Assembly (NCBI RefSeq): GCF_000009045.1
Contig: NC_000964.3
Coordinates: 372,001-436,000 of the forward strand
Source of the DNA: Bacillus subtilis subsp. subtilis str. 168
GTDB taxonomy: Bacteria > Bacillota > Bacilli > Bacillales > Bacillaceae
Direction of reading: 5' to 3'
DNA: 64,000 nucleotides
The first letter of the stretch is position 1. Each line of letters opens with the position of its first letter. A program made the position numbers and the translations under genes. Shown here piece after piece: positions 10,901-21,700 of the stretch. The notes below the pieces were generated by a model. The model saw only the letters and a list, made by a program, of their open reading frames with translations, was not told where the DNA came from and did not search any database.

Positions 10901-13900
10901 AATGGACGAGCTGCCGCTGACAGGGAACGGAAAAATTGACCGGAGAGCGCTGCCGATTCCTGATGCCAACGTTTCAAGAGGTGTTTCATATGTTGCGCCA
11001 CGCAATGGAACGGAACAAAAAGTCGCGGACATTTGGGCACAGGTACTTCAGGCAGAACAAGTCGGCGCTTATGACCACTTCTTTGACATTGGCGGACATT
11101 CATTAGCAGGCATGAAGATGCTTGCCTTGGTTCATCAGGAACTGGGCGTTGAGCTGTCACTCAAGGATCTCTTCCAGTCACCGACGGTTGAGGGCTTGGC
11201 ACAGGTGATTGCCTCTGCTGAAAAAGGGACAGCCGCAAGTATCAGCCCGGCAGAGAAACAAGATACGTATCCTGTTTCTTCACCGCAAAAACGGATGTAC
11301 GTGCTTCAGCAGCTTGAGGATGCGCAAACGAGCTATAACATGCCGGCGGTTCTGCGCCTGACAGGTGAGCTTGATGTTGAAAGGCTTAACAGCGTCATGC
11401 AGCAGTTAATGCAGCGTCATGAAGCCTTGAGAACCACGTTTGAAATAAAAGATGGAGAAACGGTGCAGCGGATCTGGGAAGAGGCTGAGTGCGAGATAGC
11501 CTATTTCGAAGCCCCGGAAGAAGAGACAGAGCGGATCGTTTCTGAGTTTATTAAGCCTTTCAAAATCGACCAACTTCCACTGTTCAGAATAGGGCTTATC
11601 AAGCATTCAGACACTGAGCATGTGCTGCTGTTCGATATGCATCATATTATTTCTGATGGTGCATCTGTCGGTGTGCTGATTGAGGAGCTTTCAAAGCTGT
11701 ACGACGGAGAAACCCTTGAGCCGCTCCGTATTCAATATAAGGATTATGCCGTGTGGCAGCAGCAGTTCATTCAGTCTGAGCTTTACAAGAAGCAAGAAGA
11801 GCATTGGCTGAAGGAGCTGGACGGAGAGCTGCCGGTGCTGACGCTTCCGACTGATTACAGTCGGCCTGCCGTTCAAACATTTGAGGGAGACCGCATTGCA
11901 TTTTCATTAGAAGCAGGCAAAGCTGATGCTCTGCGCAGGCTTGCAAAAGAAACGGATTCCACGCTTTACATGGTGCTTCTGGCTTCATACAGTGCGTTTT
12001 TATCAAAAATTAGCGGGCAAGACGATATCATCGTCGGTTCACCTGTGGCCGGACGATCTCAAGCGGACGTCAGCCGCGTCATCGGAATGTTCGTCAATAC
12101 ATTGGCGCTGCGCACGTATCCGAAGGGTGAAAAGACGTTTGCTGACTATCTTAACGAAGTGAAAGAAACGGCACTCAGCGCTTTTGATGCGCAGGATTAC
12201 CCACTTGAGGATTTGATCGGAAATGTTCAGGTTCAGCGTGACACAAGCAGAAATCCGTTATTCGATGCAGTTTTTTCAATGCAAAATGCGAATATAAAGG
12301 ATTTAACAATGAAAGGGATTCAGCTTGAGCCGCATCCGTTTGAACGGAAAACAGCCAAGTTTGACCTCACGCTGACGGCTGACGAAACCGACGGAGGGCT
12401 TACATTCGTACTCGAATACAATACAGCTCTGTTTAAGCAGGAAACGATTGAACGATGGAAGCAATATTGGATGGAGCTTTTAGATGCAGTTACTGGGAAC
12501 CCGAACCAGCCGCTTTCCAGCCTGTCACTGGTCACCGAGACAGAAAAGCAAGCGCTTCTTGAGGCATGGAAGGGCAAAGCGCTGCCTGTGCCGACAGACA
12601 AAACGGTTCATCAGCTATTCGAAGAGACTGCCCAGCGCCACAAAGACCGCCCGGCTGTCACATACAACGGCCAGTCTTGGACGTACGGCGAGCTGAATGC
12701 GAAGGCAAACCGTCTCGCGCGGATTCTGATGGACTGCGGCATCAGCCCGGATGACCGCGTCGGCGTTCTCACGAAGCCGTCGCTTGAAATGTCCGCCGCG
12801 GTGCTCGGCGTCTTGAAAGCCGGAGCGGCGTTTGTGCCGATTGATCCTGACTATCCGGATCAGCGGATTGAGTATATTTTACAGGACAGCGGCGCGAAGC
12901 TTCTCTTGAAACAGGAAGGCATTTCAGTGCCGGACAGCTATACGGGAGATGTCATTCTTCTCGACGGAAGCCGCACGATTCTAAGCCTGCCGCTTGATGA
13001 AAACGACGAGGAAAATCCAGAAACCGCTGTAACCGCGGAGAACTTGGCGTACATGATTTACACGTCTGGAACGACCGGACAGCCGAAGGGTGTCATGGTC
13101 GAGCACCATGCGCTTGTGAACCTGTGCTTCTGGCACCACGACGCGTTCAGCATGACAGCGGAGGACCGCAGTGCGAAGTACGCGGGCTTTGGGTTCGACG
13201 CTTCCATTTGGGAGATGTTCCCGACCTGGACGATCGGTGCCGAACTTCACGTCATTGAGGAAGCGATCCGCCTCGATATCGTCCGCCTGAACGATTATTT
13301 TGAAACGAACGGCGTAACGATCACGTTCCTGCCGACACAGCTTGCGGAACAGTTCATGGAGCTTGAGAACACATCACTTCGCGTATTGCTTACTGGAGGA
13401 GACAAGCTGAAGCGCGCAGTGAAAAAGCCGTACACACTCGTCAATAACTACGGGCCGACAGAGAATACGGTCGTTGCCACAAGCGCAGAAATCCATCCGG
13501 AGGAAGGCTCGCTTTCCATCGGAAGGGCCATTGCCAATACGAGAGTATACATTCTCGGCGAGGGCAATCAGGTGCAGCCGGAAGGCGTAGCCGGAGAGCT
13601 TTGCGTGGCGGGGCGCGGACTGGCACGCGGCTATCTGAATCGAGAAGACGAAACCGCGAAGCGGTTTGTCGCTGATCCGTTTGTGCCGGGTGAGCGCATG
13701 TACCGCACCGGCGATTTGGTGAAATGGACGGGCGGCGGCATCGAATACATCGGCCGGATCGACCAGCAGGTCAAGGTCCGCGGCTACCGGATCGAGCTCT
13801 CAGAAATTGAAGTCCAGCTCGCCCAGCTTTCTGAGGTGCAGGATGCGGCGGTGACAGCTGTCAAAGATAAAGGCGGCAACACAGCGATCGCGGCGTATGT

Positions 13901-15731
13901 CACACCGGAATCAGCTGACATAGAAGCACTGAAATCAGCACTGAAGGAAACCCTGCCGGATTACATGATCCCGGCGTTCTGGGTGACGCTGAACGAGCTT
14001 CCGGTTACGGCAAACGGCAAAGTGGACCGCAAAGCCTTGCCTGAGCCGGACATCGAAGCGGGAAGCGGAGAATACAAAGCGCCGACGACCGACATGGAAG
14101 AGCTGCTTGCCGGCATCTGGCAGGACGTGCTTGGAATGTCTGAAGTCGGTGTCACCGACAATTTCTTCTCGCTTGGCGGAGATTCCATCAAAGGAATTCA
14201 AATGGCGAGCCGCTTGAACCAGCACGGCTGGAAGCTGGAAATGAAAGATCTCTTCCAGCACCCGACGATCGAAGAGCTCACCCAGTACGTAGAGCGTGCC
14301 GAAGGCAAACAGGCAGACCAAGGCCCGGTGGAGGGCGAAGTCATCCTGACGCCGATCCAGCGCTGGTTCTTTGAAAAGAACTTCACGAACAAGCACCACT
14401 GGAACCAATCTGTGATGCTTCACGCCAAGAAGGGCTTTGATCCTGAACGGGTGGAGAAAACATTGCAGGCGCTGATCGAGCATCATGACGCGCTCCGCAT
14501 GGTCTATCGTGAGGGACAGGAAGACGTCATTCAATACAACAGAGGTCTTGAAGCTGCTTCAGCTCAATTGGAGGTCATCCAGATTGAGGGCCAAGCTGCA
14601 GATTACGAAGACCGAATAGAGAGAGAAGCGGAGCGTTTGCAAAGCAGCATCGACTTGCAGGAAGGCGGCTTGTTAAAAGCAGGCTTGTTCCAAGCGGAAG
14701 ACGGAGATCACTTGCTTCTTGCCATTCACCACTTAGTGGTTGACGGCGTGTCGTGGCGGATTTTACTGGAGGATTTCGCCGCGGTATATACACAGCTTGA
14801 GCAAGGCAATGAACCGGTTCTCCCGCAGAAAACACATTCATTTGCAGAGTATGCAGAGAGATTGCAAGACTTCGCGAACTCCAAAGCCTTTTTGAAAGAA
14901 AAAGAGTATTGGAGACAGCTTGAAGAACAAGCTGTTGCGGCAAAGCTTCCGAAAGACCGCGAATCTGGTGATCAGCGAATGAAACATACAAAGACAATTG
15001 AATTCTCGCTGACTGCTGAAGAGACAGAACAGCTCACCACAAAGGTGCATGAGGCATATCACACAGAAATGAATGATATTTTGCTGACGGCATTCGGATT
15101 GGCAATGAAGGAGTGGACGGGTCAAGATCGAGTAAGTGTTCATTTAGAGGGGCATGGACGTGAAGAAATCATAGAAGACCTGACCATTTCTCGCACAGTC
15201 GGCTGGTTTACAAGTATGTACCCAATGGTGCTCGATATGAAGCATGCGGATGATCTGGGCTACCAGCTGAAGCAAATGAAAGAAGATATCAGACATGTGC
15301 CGAATAAGGGAGTCGGATACGGCATTCTGCGCTATCTGACGGCACCGGAACATAAAGAAGATGTGGCGTTCTCGATTCAGCCGGATGTCAGCTTCAACTA
15401 TTTAGGTCAGTTTGACGAAATGTCGGATGCAGGTTTGTTTACGAGATCAGAGCTGCCATCAGGACAGTCATTAAGCCCTGAAACAGAAAAACCGAATGCG
15501 CTGGATGTTGTCGGATATATCGAAAACGGAAAACTGACGATGTCACTGGCCTATCATTCTCTTGAATTTCATGAAAAAACAGTACAAACATTCAGTGACA
15601 GCTTTAAAGCGCATCTTCTCAGAATCATTGAACATTGCCTATCTCAAGATGGTACGGAACTGACCCCGAGTGATCTTGGTGACGACGATTTGACGCTGGA
15701 TGAGCTGGATAAATTAATGGAAATTTTCTAA
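4968..15731 (+). CDS. srfAA: Surfactin synthetase A: Cstarter-A(Glu)-T, C-A(Leu)-T, C-A(Leu)-T-E, COM
   Basis: 3587 aa with three A domains (YTSGTTG motifs), three T domains (GGHS, GGHS, GGDS), HHxxxDG C/E motifs and a C-terminal TPSD COM donor. Confidence 0.98.
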   Translation: MEITFYPLTDAQKRIWYTEKFYPHTSISNLAGIGKLVSADAIDYVLVEQAIQEFIRRNDAMRLRLRLDENGEPVQYISEYRPVDIKHTDTTEDPNAIEFISQWSREETKKPLPLYDCDLFRFSLFTIKENEVWFYANVHHVISDGISMNILGNAIMHIYLELASGSETKEGISHSFIDHVLSEQEYAQSKRFEKDKAFWNKQFESVPELVSLKRNASAGGSLDAERFSKDVPEALHQQILSFCEANKVSVLSVFQSLLAAYLYRVSGQNDVVTGTFMGNRTNAKEKQMLGMFVSTVPLRTNIDGGQAFSEFVKDRMKDLMKTLRHQKYPYNLLINDLRETKSSLTKLFTVSLEYQVMQWQKEEDLAFLTEPIFSGSGLNDVSIHVKDRWDTGKLTIDFDYRTDLFSREEINMICERMITMLENALTHPEHTIDELTLISDAEKEKLLARAGGKSVSYRKDMTIPELFQEKAELLSDHPAVVFEDRTLSYRTLHEQSARIANVLKQKGVGPDSPVAVLIERSERMITAIMGILKAGGAYVPIDPGFPAERIQYILEDCGADFILTESKVAAPEADAELIDLDQAIEEGAEESLNADVNARNLAYIIYTSGTTGRPKGVMIEHRQVHHLVESLQQTIYQSGSQTLRMALLAPFHFDASVKQIFASLLLGQTLYIVPKKTVTNGAALTAYYRKNSIEATDGTPAHLQMLAAAGDFEGLKLKHMLIGGEGLSSVVADKLLKLFKEAGTAPRLTNVYGPTETCVDASVHPVIPENAVQSAYVPIGKALGNNRLYILDQKGRLQPEGVAGELYIAGDGVGRGYLHLPELTEEKFLQDPFVPGDRMYRTGDVVRWLPDGTIEYLGREDDQVKVRGYRIELGEIEAVIQQAPDVAKAVVLARPDEQGNLEVCAYVVQKPGSEFAPAGLREHAARQLPDYMVPAYFTEVTEIPLTPSGKVDRRKLFALEVKAVSGTAYTAPRNETEKAIAAIWQDVLNVEKAGIFDNFFETGGHSLKAMTLLTKIHKETGIEIPLQFLFEHPTITALAEEADHRESKAFAVIEPAEKQEHYPLSLAQQRTYIVSQFEDAGVGYNMPAAAILEGPLDIQKLERAFQGLIRRHESLRTSFVLENSTPRQKIHDSVDFNIEMIERGGRSDEAIMASFVRTFDLAKAPLFRIGLLGLEENRHMLLFDMHHLISDGVSIGIMLEELARIYKGEQLPDLRLQYKDYAVWQSRQAAEGYKKDQAYWKEVFAGELPVLQLLSDYPRPPVQSFEGDRVSIKLDAGVKDRLNRLAEQNGATLYMVMLSAYYTLLSKYTGQDDIIVGTPSAGRNHSDTEGIIGMFVNTLAIRSEVKQNETFTQLISRVRKRVLDAFSHQDYPFEWLVEDLNIPRDVSRHPLFDTMFSLQNATEGIPAVGDLSLSVQETNFKIAKFDLTVQARETDEGIEIDVDYSTKLFKQSTADRLLTHFARLLEDAAADPEKPISEYKLLSEEEAASQIQQFNPGRTPYPKDKTIVQLFEEQAANTPDHTALQYEGESLTYRELNERANRLARGILSLGAGEGRTAAVLCERSMDMIVSILAVLKSGSAYVPIDPEHPIQRMQHFFRDSGAKVLLTQRKLKALAEEAEFKGVIVLADEEESYHADARNLALPLDSAAMANLTYTSGTTGTPKGNIVTHANILRTVKETNYLSITEQDTILGLSNYVFDAFMFDMFGSLLNGAKLVLIPKETVLDMARLSRVIERENISILMITTALFHLLVDLNPACLSTLRKIMFGGERASVEHVRKALQTVGKGKLLHMYGPSESTVFATYHPVDELEEHTLSVPIGKPVSNTEVYILDRTGHVQPAGIAGELCVSGEGLVKGYYNRPELTEEKFVPHPFTSGERMYKTGDLARWLPNGDIEFIGRIDHQVKIRGQRIELGEIEHQLQTHDRVQESVVLAVDQGAGDKLLCAYYVGEGDISSQEMREHAAKDLPAYMVPAVFIQMDELPLTGNGKIDRRALPIPDANVSRGVSYVAPRNGTEQKVADIWAQVLQAEQVGAYDHFFDIGGHSLAGMKMLALVHQELGVELSLKDLFQSPTVEGLAQVIASAEKGTAASISPAEKQDTYPVSSPQKRMYVLQQLEDAQTSYNMPAVLRLTGELDVERLNSVMQQLMQRHEALRTTFEIKDGETVQRIWEEAECEIAYFEAPEEETERIVSEFIKPFKIDQLPLFRIGLIKHSDTEHVLLFDMHHIISDGASVGVLIEELSKLYDGETLEPLRIQYKDYAVWQQQFIQSELYKKQEEHWLKELDGELPVLTLPTDYSRPAVQTFEGDRIAFSLEAGKADALRRLAKETDSTLYMVLLASYSAFLSKISGQDDIIVGSPVAGRSQADVSRVIGMFVNTLALRTYPKGEKTFADYLNEVKETALSAFDAQDYPLEDLIGNVQVQRDTSRNPLFDAVFSMQNANIKDLTMKGIQLEPHPFERKTAKFDLTLTADETDGGLTFVLEYNTALFKQETIERWKQYWMELLDAVTGNPNQPLSSLSLVTETEKQALLEAWKGKALPVPTDKTVHQLFEETAQRHKDRPAVTYNGQSWTYGELNAKANRLARILMDCGISPDDRVGVLTKPSLEMSAAVLGVLKAGAAFVPIDPDYPDQRIEYILQDSGAKLLLKQEGISVPDSYTGDVILLDGSRTILSLPLDENDEENPETAVTAENLAYMIYTSGTTGQPKGVMVEHHALVNLCFWHHDAFSMTAEDRSAKYAGFGFDASIWEMFPTWTIGAELHVIEEAIRLDIVRLNDYFETNGVTITFLPTQLAEQFMELENTSLRVLLTGGDKLKRAVKKPYTLVNNYGPTENTVVATSAEIHPEEGSLSIGRAIANTRVYILGEGNQVQPEGVAGELCVAGRGLARGYLNREDETAKRFVADPFVPGERMYRTGDLVKWTGGGIEYIGRIDQQVKVRGYRIELSEIEVQLAQLSEVQDAAVTAVKDKGGNTAIAAYVTPESADIEALKSALKETLPDYMIPAFWVTLNELPVTANGKVDRKALPEPDIEAGSGEYKAPTTDMEELLAGIWQDVLGMSEVGVTDNFFSLGGDSIKGIQMASRLNQHGWKLEMKDLFQHPTIEELTQYVERAEGKQADQGPVEGEVILTPIQRWFFEKNFTNKHHWNQSVMLHAKKGFDPERVEKTLQALIEHHDALRMVYREGQEDVIQYNRGLEAASAQLEVIQIEGQAADYEDRIEREAERLQSSIDLQEGGLLKAGLFQAEDGDHLLLAIHHLVVDGVSWRILLEDFAAVYTQLEQGNEPVLPQKTHSFAEYAERLQDFANSKAFLKEKEYWRQLEEQAVAAKLPKDRESGDQRMKHTKTIEFSLTAEETEQLTTKVHEAYHTEMNDILLTAFGLAMKEWTGQDRVSVHLEGHGREEIIEDLTISRTVGWFTSMYPMVLDMKHADDLGYQLKQMKEDIRHVPNKGVGYGILRYLTAPEHKEDVAFSIQPDVSFNYLGQFDEMSDAGLFTRSELPSGQSLSPETEKPNALDVVGYIENGKLTMSLAYHSLEFHEKTVQTFSDSFKAHLLRIIEHCLSQDGTELTPSDLGDDDLTLDELDKLMEIF
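12498..14514 (+). repeat. ~2.0-kb direct repeat, copy 1 (srfAA module 3 A-T and start of E)
   Basis: Near-identical to 23262-25278 with a constant offset of 10,764 bp; about 8 amino-acid differences counted by eye. Confidence 0.95.
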
Positions 15732-15743
15732 TAGAGGTGGCAT

Positions 15744-18700
15744 ATGAGCAAAAAATCGATTCAAAAGGTGTACGCACTGACACCAATGCAGGAGGGAATG
15801 CTGTATCATGCGATGCTTGATCCGCATTCTTCCTCGTACTTCACACAATTAGAGCTTGGGATTCACGGCGCTTTTGATCTTGAAATCTTTGAGAAAAGCG
15901 TCAATGAACTGATTCGGTCATACGATATTCTCCGTACGGTATTTGTGCATCAGCAGCTGCAAAAACCGCGTCAGGTCGTGTTAGCGGAACGCAAAACAAA
16001 AGTGCATTATGAGGATATCAGTCATGCAGACGAAAACCGCCAGAAAGAGCACATTGAGCGTTACAAACAAGACGTTCAGCGCCAAGGCTTTAACCTGGCA
16101 AAAGACATATTGTTCAAGGTAGCGGTTTTCCGCCTTGCTGCAGATCAGCTGTATCTTGTCTGGAGCAATCATCATATTATGATGGACGGCTGGAGCATGG
16201 GCGTCCTCATGAAAAGCCTGTTCCAAAACTATGAAGCGCTCAGAGCAGGCAGGACACCGGCAAACGGTCAGGGCAAGCCTTATTCCGATTACATCAAGTG
16301 GCTTGGAAAACAGGACAATGAAGAAGCGGAGAGCTACTGGAGCGAGCGCTTGGCGGGTTTTGAACAGCCAAGCGTGCTCCCGGGCCGCCTGCCTGTGAAA
16401 AAAGACGAATACGTCAATAAAGAATATTCATTTACATGGGACGAAACACTGGTTGCCCGTATTCAGCAAACCGCAAATCTCCATCAAGTGACAGGGCCTA
16501 ACCTATTTCAGGCCGTTTGGGGCATTGTTCTCAGCAAATACAACTTTACGGATGATGTGATCTTCGGAACGGTCGTCTCGGGACGACCGTCTGAAATCAA
16601 CGGAATCGAAACGATGGCGGGGCTGTTTATCAACACCATTCCAGTGCGGGTGAAAGTTGAACGAGATGCTGCATTCGCTGATATTTTCACAGCTGTTCAG
16701 CAGCATGCAGTAGAGGCAGAGCGTTACGATTACGTGCCGCTCTATGAGATTCAAAAACGCTCAGCTCTTGATGGCAATCTCTTAAACCATCTGGTCGCGT
16801 TTGAAAATTATCCGCTTGATCAAGAGCTTGAAAACGGCAGCATGGAAGACCGCCTCGGGTTTTCGATTAAGGTAGAAAGCGCATTTGAACAAACGAGCTT
16901 CGATTTCAACCTGATTGTGTATCCGGGCAAAACGTGGACCGTCAAAATTAAATATAACGGAGCCGCCTTTGATTCCGCTTTTATCGAACGGACAGCGGAG
17001 CACCTTACCCGCATGATGGAAGCAGCTGTCGATCAGCCGGCCGCTTTTGTGCGTGAGTACGGGCTTGTGGGAGACGAAGAGCAGCGGCAAATTGTCGAGG
17101 TGTTTAACAGCACGAAAGCCGAACTCCCTGAAGGAATGGCTGTTCACCAAGTGTTTGAAGAGCAAGCGAAACGGACGCCGGCGAGCACCGCCGTCGTATA
17201 TGAAGGAACCAAGCTGACGTACCGCGAGCTGAATGCAGCGGCTAACCGTCTGGCGAGAAAGCTTGTCGAACATGGGCTTCAAAAAGGGGAAACAGCAGCG
17301 ATTATGAACGACCGCTCAGTAGAAACCGTTGTCGGCATGCTGGCTGTTTTAAAAGCAGGCGCCGCATATGTGCCGCTTGATCCAGCGCTTCCTGGGGATC
17401 GTCTTCGTTTCATGGCAGAGGACAGCTCCGTTCGAATGGTTTTGATCGGAAATTCTTATACAGGGCAGGCACATCAGCTGCAAGTGCCGGTTCTTACACT
17501 GGACATAGGCTTTGAAGAGAGTGAAGCGGCTGACAATCTCAACCTGCCATCCGCCCCGTCTGATTTGGCGTACATCATGTACACATCCGGTTCAACGGGC
17601 AAACCGAAAGGCGTCATGATCGAACATAAAAGCATTCTGCGCCTCGTCAAAAATGCCGGGTACGTTCCTGTTACTGAAGAAGACCGCATGGCGCAAACGG
17701 GAGCTGTCAGCTTTGATGCCGGAACGTTTGAGGTATTCGGCGCACTGCTGAATGGCGCAGCACTTTATCCGGTCAAAAAAGAGACACTGCTTGATGCGAA
17801 ACAATTTGCTGCATTCCTGCGTGAGCAAAGCATCACAACTATGTGGCTGACATCACCTTTATTCAACCAGCTTGCTGCAAAGGATGCGGGTATGTTCGGC
17901 ACACTGCGCCATTTAATCATCGGCGGAGATGCCCTTGTCCCGCATATTGTCAGCAAAGTAAAACAGGCATCGCCGTCGCTTTCATTGTGGAACGGATACG
18001 GCCCGACAGAAAACACGACGTTTTCAACCAGTTTTCTGATCGACCGCGAGTATGGCGGCTCTATCCCAATCGGGAAGCCGATCGGAAATTCCACTGCCTA
18101 TATTATGGATGAGCAGCAATGCCTGCAGCCAATCGGCGCGCCTGGTGAGCTTTGCGTAGGCGGAATCGGTGTAGCGCGTGGGTATGTCAATCTCCCTGAG
18201 CTGACGGAGAAGCAATTTCTGGAAGACCCGTTCAGACCGGGTGAGAGAATTTACCGCACTGGTGACTTGGCAAGATGGCTGCCGGACGGCAATATCGAAT
18301 TTTTAGGCAGAATCGACAACCAAGTGAAGGTGCGCGGCTTCCGAATTGAGCTTGGCGAAATTGAAACAAAACTGAACATGGCTGAGCATGTGACAGAAGC
18401 CGCGGTGATCATACGCAAGAACAAAGCAGACGAAAATGAAATTTGCGCGTACTTCACGGCGGATCGTGAAGTGGCTGTGAGTGAGCTGAGAAAAACACTG
18501 TCTCAGTCTTTGCCTGACTATATGGTCCCTGCCCACCTGATTCAAATGGACAGCCTGCCGCTCACGCCAAACGGGAAAATCAACAAAAAGGAACTGCCTG
18601 CACCGCAATCAGAAGCCGTGCAGCCGGAATACGCAGCACCAAAAACAGAGAGTGAAAAGAAATTAGCGGAGATCTGGGAAGGAATACTCGGCGTCAAAGC

Positions 18701-21700
18701 AGGCGTTACCGATAACTTCTTTATGATCGGCGGCCATTCTTTGAAAGCGATGATGATGACGGCGAAAATTCAAGAGCATTTTCATAAGGAAGTTCCGATA
18801 AAAGTGCTTTTTGAAAAGCCGACTATTCAAGAACTGGCACTGTATTTGGAAGAGAACGAAAGCAAGGAGGAGCAGACGTTTGAACCGATCAGGCAAGCAT
18901 CTTATCAGCAGCATTATCCTGTATCCCCGGCCCAGCGGAGAATGTATATCCTCAATCAGCTTGGACAAGCAAACACAAGCTACAACGTCCCCGCTGTACT
19001 TCTGCTGGAGGGAGAAGTAGATAAAGACCGGCTTGAAAACGCGATTCAGCAATTAATCAACCGGCACGAAATCCTCCGTACATCGTTTGACATGATCGAC
19101 GGAGAGGTTGTGCAAACCGTTCATAAAAACATATCGTTCCAGCTGGAGGCTGCCAAGGGACGGGAAGAAGACGCGGAAGAGATAATCAAAGCATTTGTTC
19201 AGCCGTTTGAATTAAACCGCGCGCCGCTCGTCCGTTCGAAGCTTGTCCAGCTGGAAGAAAAACGCCACCTGCTGCTCATTGATATGCATCATATTATTAC
19301 TGACGGAAGTTCAACAGGCATTCTAATCGGTGATCTTGCCAAAATATATCAAGGCGCAGATCTGGAACTGCCACAAATTCACTATAAAGATTACGCAGTT
19401 TGGCACAAAGAACAAACTAATTATCAAAAAGATGAGGAATACTGGCTCGATGTCTTTAAAGGCGAACTGCCAATACTGGATCTTCCCGCGGATTTCGAGC
19501 GGCCAGCTGAACGGAGCTTTGCGGGAGAGCGCGTGATGTTTGGGCTTGATAAGCAAATCACGGCTCAAATCAAATCGCTCATGGCAGAAACAGATACGAC
19601 AATGTACATGTTTTTGCTGGCGGCGTTCAATGTACTCCTTTCCAAGTACGCGTCACAGGATGATATCATTGTCGGCTCGCCGACAGCTGGCAGAACACAT
19701 CCTGATCTGCAAGGTGTGCCGGGTATGTTTGTCAACACGGTGGCACTCAGAACGGCACCAGCGGGAGATAAAACCTTCGCGCAATTCCTTGAAGAGGTCA
19801 AAACAGCCAGCCTTCAAGCATTCGAGCACCAGAGCTATCCGCTTGAGGAGCTGATTGAAAAGCTTCCGCTTACAAGGGATACAAGCAGAAGTCCGCTGTT
19901 CAGCGTGATGTTCAACATGCAGAATATGGAGATTCCTTCATTAAGATTAGGAGATTTGAAGATTTCCTCGTATTCCATGCTTCATCATGTTGCGAAATTT
20001 GATCTTTCCTTGGAAGCGGTCGAGCGTGAAGAGGATATCGGCCTAAGCTTTGACTATGCGACTGCCTTGTTTAAGGACGAGACGATCCGCCGCTGGAGCC
20101 GCCACTTTGTCAATATCATCAAAGCGGCCGCGGCTAATCCGAACGTTCGGCTGTCTGATGTAGATCTGCTTTCATCTGCAGAAACGGCTGCTTTGCTAGA
20201 AGAAAGACATATGACTCAAATTACCGAAGCAACCTTTGCAGCACTTTTTGAAAAACAGGCCCAGCAAACACCTGACCATTCTGCGGTGAAGGCTGGCGGA
20301 AATCTGTTGACCTATCGCGAGCTTGATGAACAGGCGAACCAGCTGGCGCATCATCTTCGTGCCCAAGGGGCAGGAAATGAAGACATCGTCGCGATTGTTA
20401 TGGACCGGTCAGCTGAAGTCATGGTATCCATTCTCGGTGTCATGAAGGCGGGGGCAGCTTTCCTTCCGATTGATCCTGATACACCTGAAGAACGAATCCG
20501 TTATTCATTAGAGGACAGCGGAGCAAAATTTGCGGTCGTGAATGAAAGAAACATGACGGCTATTGGGCAATATGAAGGGATAATTGTCAGCCTTGATGAC
20601 GGTAAATGGAGAAATGAAAGCAAGGAGCGCCCATCATCCATTTCCGGGTCTCGCAATCTTGCATACGTCATTTATACGTCCGGTACGACCGGAAAGCCAA
20701 AGGGCGTGCAGATTGAGCATCGTAATCTGACAAACTATGTCTCTTGGTTTAGTGAAGAGGCGGGCCTGACGGAAAATGATAAGACTGTATTGCTTTCATC
20801 TTACGCATTTGACCTTGGCTATACGAGCATGTTCCCTGTACTTCTGGGCGGGGGCGAGCTCCATATCGTCCAGAAGGAAACCTATACGGCGCCGGATGAA
20901 ATAGCGCACTATATCAAGGAGCATGGGATCACTTATATCAAGCTGACACCGTCTCTGTTCCATACAATAGTGAACACCGCCAGTTTTGCAAAAGATGCGA
21001 ACTTTGAATCCTTGCGCTTGATCGTCTTGGGAGGAGAAAAAATCATCCCGACTGATGTTATCGCCTTCCGTAAGATGTATGGACATACCGAATTTATCAA
21101 TCACTACGGCCCGACAGAAGCAACGATCGGCGCCATCGCCGGGCGGGTTGATCTGTATGAGCCGGATGCATTTGCGAAACGCCCGACAATCGGACGCCCG
21201 ATTGCGAATGCCGGTGCGCTTGTCTTAAATGAAGCATTGAAGCTTGTGCCGCCTGGAGCGAGCGGACAGCTCTATATCACGGGACAGGGGCTCGCGAGAG
21301 GGTATCTCAACAGGCCTCAGCTGACAGCCGAGAGATTTGTAGAAAATCCATATTCGCCGGGAAGCCTCATGTACAAAACCGGAGATGTCGTACGAAGACT
21401 TTCTGACGGTACGCTTGCATTTATCGGCCGGGCTGATGATCAGGTGAAAATCCGAGGCTACCGCATTGAGCCGAAAGAAATTGAAACGGTCATGCTCAGC
21501 CTCAGCGGAATTCAAGAAGCGGTTGTACTAGCGGTTTCCGAGGGCGGTCTTCAAGAGCTTTGCGCGTATTATACGTCGGATCAAGATATTGAAAAAGCAG
21601 AGCTCCGGTACCAGCTTTCCCTAACACTGCCGTCTCATATGATTCCTGCTTTCTTTGTGCAGGTTGACGCGATTCCGCTGACGGCAAACGGAAAAACCGA

